Shown here one piece after another: positions 58,114 through 64,000 of a stretch of DNA of 64,000 bases. The stretch is from Chloroflexota bacterium (GTDB lineage Bacteria; Chloroflexota; Limnocylindria; Limnocylindrales; CSP1-4): assembly GCA_004297395.1 (NCBI GenBank), contig SCUO01000074.1, positions 13,082 to 77,081 of the forward strand, in the 5' to 3' direction. The notes beneath the pieces are model-generated. The model worked only from the letters and a program-made list of their open reading frames with translations. It was not told where the DNA came from and did no database searches. Position 1 is the stretch's first letter. Every line of letters begins with the position of its first letter. The translations under genes and the position numbers were made by a program.

Positions 58114-58821
58114 CTACTCGGTGACCTCGGCCGGCTCGTCGCGTGCGAGGGTCGGGCCGCGGAGGGGCGCCTCCTCGGGCGTCGCGGCGGCGGCGGCGCC
58201 CCACTCGTGGGCGTGGGGCGCGGCGGGCTCGGACGGGCCCTCGTAGGGCGGCAGCTGGTCGCGGGGCGTCGCCCCATCGATGACCGTGCCGGGATCGCCG
58301 AGGTCGACCGGGCGAGCCTCGATCGACCCGCCTTCGACGAGGGCCGCGAGGAGGTCGTCCGGCATGAGCGTCGGGGACAGGGCCCGGAACGCGGCCAGGC
58401 CGCCCAGCGGCAGCAACACTGGCCAGCCGGCCTCGCCGCGGAAGGCCGGGCGGAGGAGCCGTTCGCGATCCACGCCGTGAGCCTCGATGAGCGATGTCAC
58501 CGTCTCGGGGCCGGCCCAGCACAGCCGCGCTGGCCAGATCAGGGCGGCGTCCGTATCGCTGATCTCCGCGATGGCGAGCTCGATGGCCCGGACGATCTGG
58601 GCGACCGGGCCGCCCTCGTGCGGGGCGGGGGCGCCGAGGGTCACGGGCGCGCCGGCGAGGGCCAGGGCGACGGTCCCGTCCGGGTCCGGGGCGACGACGA
58701 CGATGGGCGTAGCGCCGCCGGCCCACGCCGAATCGGCGATCCGGCGAACGCGGGCCACGCCGGCGGCGTCGGCGAGGGCGGATTCGATCGAGGCAGCCAG
58801 GATGACGGCGGCGACGGTCAC
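58114..58821 (-). CDS. Degenerate MobA/MocA-like NTP-transferase
   Basis: AAVILAA start, P.F.G..G.PVL, D..TP; conserved G-x-x-x-R-x-G..K loop missing. Confidence 0.65.
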   Translation of the reverse strand: MTVAAVILAASIESALADAAGVARVRRIADSAWAGGATPIVVVAPDPDGTVALALAGAPVTLGAPAPHEGGPVAQIVRAIELAIAEISDTDAALIWPARLCWAGPETVTSLIEAHGVDRERLLRPAFRGEAGWPVLLPLGGLAAFRALSPTLMPDDLLAALVEGGSIEARPVDLGDPGTVIDGATPRDQLPPYEGPSEPAAPHAHEWGAAAAATPEEAPLRGPTLARDEPAEVTE

Positions 58822-59006
58822 GGCCCGATGCTAGCAGGCCATCCGGCTCGCATCCGGCGCTGCTGCAGGCGGCCGTCATGTGGCCCCGGTCGCGGACGAT
58901 CGGCGCCGGCGGTCCTGGTCCGGCCATCGAGGGGGGTCGCGACACGACGATCGGCACTGGCGGTCCGGCGACGGCGTGCCGATCCTCCCGGAAGGAGGGT
59001 CCGACC

Positions 59007-59405
59007 GTGGGTACGCAGTTCGTGGTCCAGATCGAGAACCATCCGGGGGCGCTGGCCCGGTTCGCCCACGCCCTCGCCGAACGAGGCGTGAACATCGTCC
59101 ACTGCGCCGCCGGCGGCGCGGGCACCGTCGGCTACGCCATCGTCGAGACCGAGGATGACGATTCCGCGCGCGCCGTCCTGCGGTCGATCGGGCTGCCGTT
59201 CGTCGAGGGCCACTCGATCACGGTCGAGCTCGAGGACCGGCCCGGAGCGCTGGCCGAGGCCACCGAGCGCCTGGCCGCCGCCGGGATCGGGATCCGCGGC
59301 CTGCTCATCGTGGGTCGCCGGGATGGCGTGGTCCACGTCGCGATCACGACCGATGACGAGGTCGGCGCCAAGGAGCTCCTGAACCCGACGCTCGTCCCAG
59401 CCTGA
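59007..59405 (+). CDS. Tandem ACT-domain protein
   Basis: ENHPGALA....LA..GVNI and EDRPGALA....LA.AGI.I; AAGGAGG RBS. Confidence 0.85.
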   Translation: MGTQFVVQIENHPGALARFAHALAERGVNIVHCAAGGAGTVGYAIVETEDDDSARAVLRSIGLPFVEGHSITVELEDRPGALAEATERLAAAGIGIRGLLIVGRRDGVVHVAITTDDEVGAKELLNPTLVPA

Positions 59406-59567
59406 CCGCGGGAGTCCACGCGGCCACCGACGCACGACGCGCGCGCCGCGACGCCACGACGCCCGCGACAGAACACGCGATCCCGCCAGGCCCGAGCTAC
59501 CACGACGCCCGTGACCTCACGGCGCCGGGCAGCCGGTCGCGGTGCGTGTGCGACAATCGGGCCTCCC

Positions 59568-61532
59568 ATGGCCGATCCCATCCGCTCCACGCTGCCCGGC
59601 TCCGTTGACCTCGCCGCCCCTGACGAGCGGCAGGGCCACGGCCACGCGCCCGGCAGCGTCGCCCGCGACGACCTTCGCGACGTCGCGATCGTGGCCCACG
59701 TCGACCACGGCAAGACCACCCTCGTCGACGCGATGCTCCGCCAGACCGGCACGTTCCGGGCCAACGAAGCCGTCGTGGACCGGGTCATGGATTCGATGGA
59801 CCTGGAGCGGGAGAAGGGGATCACGATCCTCGCCAAGCAGACGACGGTCGACCACGACGGCGTCCGCCTCAACATCGTCGACACGCCGGGCCATGCCGAC
59901 TTCGGCGGCGAGGTCGAGCGCTCGCTCCTCATGGTCGACAGCGTCCTCCTCCTGGTCGACGCGGCCGAGGGACCGCTGCCCCAGACCCGCTACGTCCTCC
60001 AGAAGGCGATGGCCCGCCGCCTGCCGGTCGTTGTGGCCCTCAACAAGATCGACCGTGGCGACGCCCGCCCGGCCGAGGTCCTCGACGCGGTCTACGAGCT
60101 GTTCATCAACCTCGGCGCCGACGACGACCAGATCGACTTCCCGGTGGTCTACACGAACGCGAAGCTGGGCACGGCGACGCTCGATCTCGCCGTTCCCGGC
60201 ACGGACCTCCGGCCGCTCCTCGACCTCCTCGTCCGGGTCACCCCGCCGCCTCGCCACGTGCCCGGCCACCCGCTCCAGCTCCTCGTCACGAACCTCTCGG
60301 CCAACGACTACGTCGGGCGGATGGCCGTGGGGCGGATCCGGAACGGCGCGATTCGCGTCGGCCAGCGGATCGTCGTCGTCCGCGAGGAGGCAGACGACAC
60401 GGCCGGGGCCGTTGAACCGGGCCGGACCGTGACCCTGACAGGGACGGTGACCAGCCTCCAGACGGCCCACGGCATCGAGCGCGTCGACATCGAGAGCGCC
60501 TCGGCCGGCGAGATCGTGTCGGTTGCCGGGCTGCCCGACGTCACGATCGGCGACACGATCACCGACCCGGCCGACCCGCGGCCGCTGCCGCGCCTGGACG
60601 TCGACGCCCCGACCCTCCGGATGACGTTCGGGGTCAATACCTCGCCGCTCGCCGGACGGGAGGGGAAGTACGTCACGTCGCGCCAGATCAAGGCTCGCCT
60701 CGAGCGGGAAGTCCTCGGCAACGTCTCGATCGAGGTCTACCCGACCGAATCGGGCGACACCTTCGAGGTTCGCGGCCGCGGCGAGCTCCAGCTGGCCGTC
60801 CTCATCGAGCAGATGCGCCGCGAAGGCTACGAGGTCACCGTTTCGCGCCCGGAGGTCATCCTGCGCGAGGTCGACGGCCAGGTCCAGGAGCCGTACGAAC
60901 GGATCACCATCGACATCCCGCCCGACTACATCGGCGAGGTCCAGGCCGCGATCGCGAACCGCAAGGGCCGCCTGGAGCAGATGACGACCGATGCCGACGG
61001 GCGGGTCCGGATGGAGTTCGTCCTGCCGGTTCGCGGGCTCATCGGCTACCGCGGCCAGCTCCTCACCGACACCCGCGGCACGGCGCTGCTGCACCAGATC
61101 GGCGAGGGCTACGGGCCGTGGGCCGGCGAGGTGACCCACCGGACCGCCGGGGTGCTCGTGAGCGACCGGACCGGCACGTCCAATGCCTACGGCCTGTTCA
61201 ACCTCCAGGAGCGTTCGGAGCTGTTCATCGGGGCCGGCGTCGAGGTCTACGAGGGCATGATCGTGGGCGAGAACGCCCGGTCCGGCGACATGGACGTCAA
61301 CCCGACCAAGGAGAAGAAGCTCACCAACATCCGGACCCACGCCCATGACGAGGCGCTGCGGCTGACGCCGCCCCGACCGATGACCCTCGAATCGGCGATC
61401 GAGCTCATCGCCGCCGATGAGCTCGTGGAGGTCACGCCATCATCGATCCGGCTCCGGAAGCGGCTGCTGGCCAAGCACGAGCGGGAGCGCGAGCGCGGCC
61501 GCGAGTACGACCGGAGCCGGGCCGAGGCGTAG
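59568..61532 (+). CDS. typA: Translational GTPase TypA/BipA
   Basis: [56 protein letters not shown]. Confidence 0.96.
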   Translation: MADPIRSTLPGSVDLAAPDERQGHGHAPGSVARDDLRDVAIVAHVDHGKTTLVDAMLRQTGTFRANEAVVDRVMDSMDLEREKGITILAKQTTVDHDGVRLNIVDTPGHADFGGEVERSLLMVDSVLLLVDAAEGPLPQTRYVLQKAMARRLPVVVALNKIDRGDARPAEVLDAVYELFINLGADDDQIDFPVVYTNAKLGTATLDLAVPGTDLRPLLDLLVRVTPPPRHVPGHPLQLLVTNLSANDYVGRMAVGRIRNGAIRVGQRIVVVREEADDTAGAVEPGRTVTLTGTVTSLQTAHGIERVDIESASAGEIVSVAGLPDVTIGDTITDPADPRPLPRLDVDAPTLRMTFGVNTSPLAGREGKYVTSRQIKARLEREVLGNVSIEVYPTESGDTFEVRGRGELQLAVLIEQMRREGYEVTVSRPEVILREVDGQVQEPYERITIDIPPDYIGEVQAAIANRKGRLEQMTTDADGRVRMEFVLPVRGLIGYRGQLLTDTRGTALLHQIGEGYGPWAGEVTHRTAGVLVSDRTGTSNAYGLFNLQERSELFIGAGVEVYEGMIVGENARSGDMDVNPTKEKKLTNIRTHAHDEALRLTPPRPMTLESAIELIAADELVEVTPSSIRLRKRLLAKHERERERGREYDRSRAEA

Positions 61533-61562
61533 TCCCCTTCCGGGGCGTGGGCGCCTCTGGCG

Positions 61563-62027
61563 CTACTCGCTCGGCGCGCAGGCCGGGACGCGCTCGGGCT
61601 CGACGGCCCCGGTGCTGTCGGGCGCGCCACCCGACGTCGTCATCGACAGGTCCGCCTCGATCACGATCCGGGTGCGACCTTCACCCACGGTCACGCTCCG
61701 GATGAGGGCGCAGGTATCGGTGTAGAGCTCGATGACGACCGGGTCGGGCTTGCCGTCCTTGATGTCCATCACCTGCTTGGCCGTCTGCAGGATGCCGCTC
61801 CTGGCCGGGATGAGGAGATCGCGGTCGGGCGTCCCCGCGCTCGCGACGATCACCTTCAGCCGGACCGGGAGATCGCCGGCGTTCCGGACGGCGATCGAGA
61901 ACTTCGCCTCGCCGGGAGCGGTCCCGCAGGCGCTGACGATGACGAAGACGAGGCCGAGGGCGATGACCCGCGGCAGCCTTGGATGCGGCCGGAGCCTGCC
62001 GAACGCCCCCGGGACGTTGCGGTGCAC
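61563..62027 (-). CDS. Putative lipoprotein
   Basis: Basic N-terminus, hydrophobic stretch, IVSA-C lipobox; TAGGCT -10 6 nt upstream. Confidence 0.65.
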   Translation of the reverse strand: MHRNVPGAFGRLRPHPRLPRVIALGLVFVIVSACGTAPGEAKFSIAVRNAGDLPVRLKVIVASAGTPDRDLLIPARSGILQTAKQVMDIKDGKPDPVVIELYTDTCALIRSVTVGEGRTRIVIEADLSMTTSGGAPDSTGAVEPERVPACAPSE

Positions 62028-62143
62028 GGCGGGAGCCTAGCACTCGAATCGCGGCCCCGGAGGGCCTCGGCGCCGCGAATCCAGCGCTCGTGGTGCGGTG
62101 TCGCACCGTGCGAGCGAGCATGTCCGGGGTAGAGTGGCGCCCG

Positions 62144-63295
62144 ATGGAGGCGTCCCGACCGAACGCGCCGACCGCGTTGAACGCCGTGACCGGCCTGGCC
62201 GACCGCGAACGCGTCCGGGCCTTCGACCTCGCCGCCGGGCTCGCCGTCTTCTTCATGATCCTCGTCCACGTCCTGTGGCACTGGGGCGCCCAGCCCACCT
62301 GGACGACCCCGATCGGCGAGGCGATCAGCTACGCAGCCGGCCCGACGGCCGCCCCGGTCTTCGTCTTCCTGATGGGCGCGTCGCTCGGGGCGGCGCCACG
62401 ATCCTCCTTTCGATCGCTGGCCGCCCGGGGCCTGTGGCTCGTCTTCCTGGGCTACGTCCTGAACCTCCTTCGTGGCGTGATCCCGGCCTCGCTGGGCCTG
62501 GCGAGCGGCGTCATCACCGAGGAGCAGGTCTATCCGTACACCCTGTGGTGGCTCGGGACGACGGTCGATCTCCATCACATGGTCGGGCTGACGCTGGTTG
62601 CCATCGCCGCCCTGCGGGTCAGGTCCGAGCCGGGCTGGATCTGGCTGGGCCTGGCTGGCCTGCTGGTCCTGGTCGCCCCGTGGCTCCGGACGATCGCGGT
62701 CGGGAACCCCGTCCTCGATGCGCCCCTCACCCCGTTCATCGGCTCGGCGCCCAACGTCTACTACGCGGTCGTCCCTTGGCTGGCGTATCCGCTCGGCGGC
62801 GCGGTCTTCGGGGCGATCATCACCCGGGCGGTTGATCGGCCGGCCGTCTTCCGGCGGGCCGCGGTGGTCGGGGCGGTCCTCATCGCGGTCGGCTGCGGGC
62901 TCATCCTCGTGCAGCGACCGGGCTTCGACGTGTACACCTACTGGCGGCAGCCGGCGTCGTTCGCCGTCGCGATCTTCGGGGTGATCCTGGTCTGGCTCGC
63001 CGCATGCGACCTCGTCACCCGCTGGCCGGTGCTCGACCGGCGCCTCGGCATCGTGTACGGCTGGAGCCGGCGGGTCATCGCCATGTACTTCAGCCACTGG
63101 ATCATCGTCGGCTGGGGTGTGGGCCTGGTCGGATTCCGGGCCCTGGACCTCGGCGGGGTCCTCGTCGCGATGGTCGCGGCGGTCGTTGCCACGAGCTACC
63201 TGTCGCGCTACGCGGTCAAGCTCGAGAGCAGCTGGTGGCGTCGAACGCCCAGCGAGGACGATCGCAGCGGCGTCCGGGAGGCGAGGGTCGCCTGA
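62144..63295 (+). CDS. DUF1624 / HGSNAT-like membrane acyltransferase
   Basis: R..AFD.A.GLA..FMI.VH, AAP.F.FLMG.S, PW..Y...G, Y..HW. Confidence 0.75.
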   Translation: MEASRPNAPTALNAVTGLADRERVRAFDLAAGLAVFFMILVHVLWHWGAQPTWTTPIGEAISYAAGPTAAPVFVFLMGASLGAAPRSSFRSLAARGLWLVFLGYVLNLLRGVIPASLGLASGVITEEQVYPYTLWWLGTTVDLHHMVGLTLVAIAALRVRSEPGWIWLGLAGLLVLVAPWLRTIAVGNPVLDAPLTPFIGSAPNVYYAVVPWLAYPLGGAVFGAIITRAVDRPAVFRRAAVVGAVLIAVGCGLILVQRPGFDVYTYWRQPASFAVAIFGVILVWLAACDLVTRWPVLDRRLGIVYGWSRRVIAMYFSHWIIVGWGVGLVGFRALDLGGVLVAMVAAVVATSYLSRYAVKLESSWWRRTPSEDDRSGVREARVA

Positions 63296-63400
63296 TCCGG
63301 GACGTGCGGCCGCCACCAGGGCGGACGGCGGGCAGGTCGGCACTCCTCGCCGCGGCGGCGTCCTGTCGCTCGCCGGCTGCGCCCCCGTCGATCGCTGACC

Positions 63401-63539
63401 GAGATTTCGATCATCCGACGAAGCTCGCGCCCGCCGAGTGGCGAGTCACGGACCCTGGGCGTCGGTTGCCCGAAATCTCCGTCGCGCGACGGCCGAAGCC
63501 GCTACCGCGGGGAGGCCGCCCAGCCTCCTTCGTCGGATG
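63401..63539. repeat. Three-arm inverted-repeat cluster
   Basis: 63401-63420 pairs with 63460-63479 (17/20); 63412-63423 pairs perfectly with 63528-63539. Confidence 0.6.
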
Positions 63540-63681
63540 TGGGAATAACGCGACAGACGGCGAGGACGGCCACCTCCGCAGGTGCAACAAACGGGCGTTT
63601 GCGTGGACGAGTCCGCCGCGGTGAACGAGGCCCCGGTCAGCTGACGCGGGGACGAGGTCGGTCGGGCCTACAATCGACCCG

Positions 63682-64000
63682 ATGCCGATCTACCTCGACC
63701 ACGCCGCAACGACGCCCCTCCGGCCCGAGGCCCTCGAGGCCATGCTCCCGTACCTCGGTGCCGAGTTCGGGAACCCGAGCTCGCCCCACGCCTGGGGACG
63801 CCGGGCCCGGGCGGCACTCGACGAGGCCCACGAGCGAATTGCGGCTGCGCTCGGCTGCGGGCCCCGCGAGATCGTCCTCACGAGCGGCGGCACGGAGTCG
63901 CTCAACCTCGCCCTCAAGGGCGCCGCCTGGGCCGGCAAGGCCAGGGGTCATCGAATCCTCACCACGCGGGTCGAGCATCACGCCGTGCTCCACCCGCTCC
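63682..64000 (+). CDS. iscS: Cysteine desulfurase (IscS/NifS), 3'-truncated by window edge
   Basis: My translation: MPIYLDHAATTP..GNPSS.H..G..EIVLTSGGTES.NLA.KG..T..EH.AV; TACAAT 7 nt upstream; not in the ORF track. Confidence 0.9.
   Translation, partial: MPIYLDHAATTPLRPEALEAMLPYLGAEFGNPSSPHAWGRRARAALDEAHERIAAALGCGPREIVLTSGGTESLNLALKGAAWAGKARGHRILTTRVEHHAVLHPL

Noticed and set aside
59406-59560. ACGACGC-rich stretch upstream of typA
   Set aside because: Weak, irregular repetition; no convincing structure or ORF

Overview
High-GC, gene-dense, almost entirely chromosomal core region with about 56 CDS (nearly all on +) and one tRNA(CAT). The gene set and a GAAC-N4-GTTC SOS box suggest a Chloroflexota bacterium; this is inference. 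Recognisable blocks: agmatinase/GDPD/methyltransferase; REC-CpaE + murI; YchF-like ATPase; an MrfA/MrfB-like (YprA/YprB) helicase-exonuclease pair behind a LexA-type box; two different NfeD-SPFH operons; tRNA-Met-ftsH; a stand-alone DnaB-like ATPase lacking the N-terminal domain; ppa-thpR; tyrA; a second REC-CpaE; comM-dprA-(Ig/CAP)-topA-xerC; murJ-femABX-femABX-murE; rel-hisS-aspS; typA; and a partial iscS. I found no CRISPR array, transposase, phage gene or integron. The least explained signals are non-coding. First, a ~245-bp nested inverted-repeat element occurs in two diverged copies, each starting at a CTAG that contains the upstream stop codon. Second, a ~730-bp multi-hairpin region lies behind the DnaB-like gene. 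Third, several other long intergenic hairpins are present. There is also a strong window-wide signature of leaderless transcription. All calls come from reading motifs by eye; no database searches were run.
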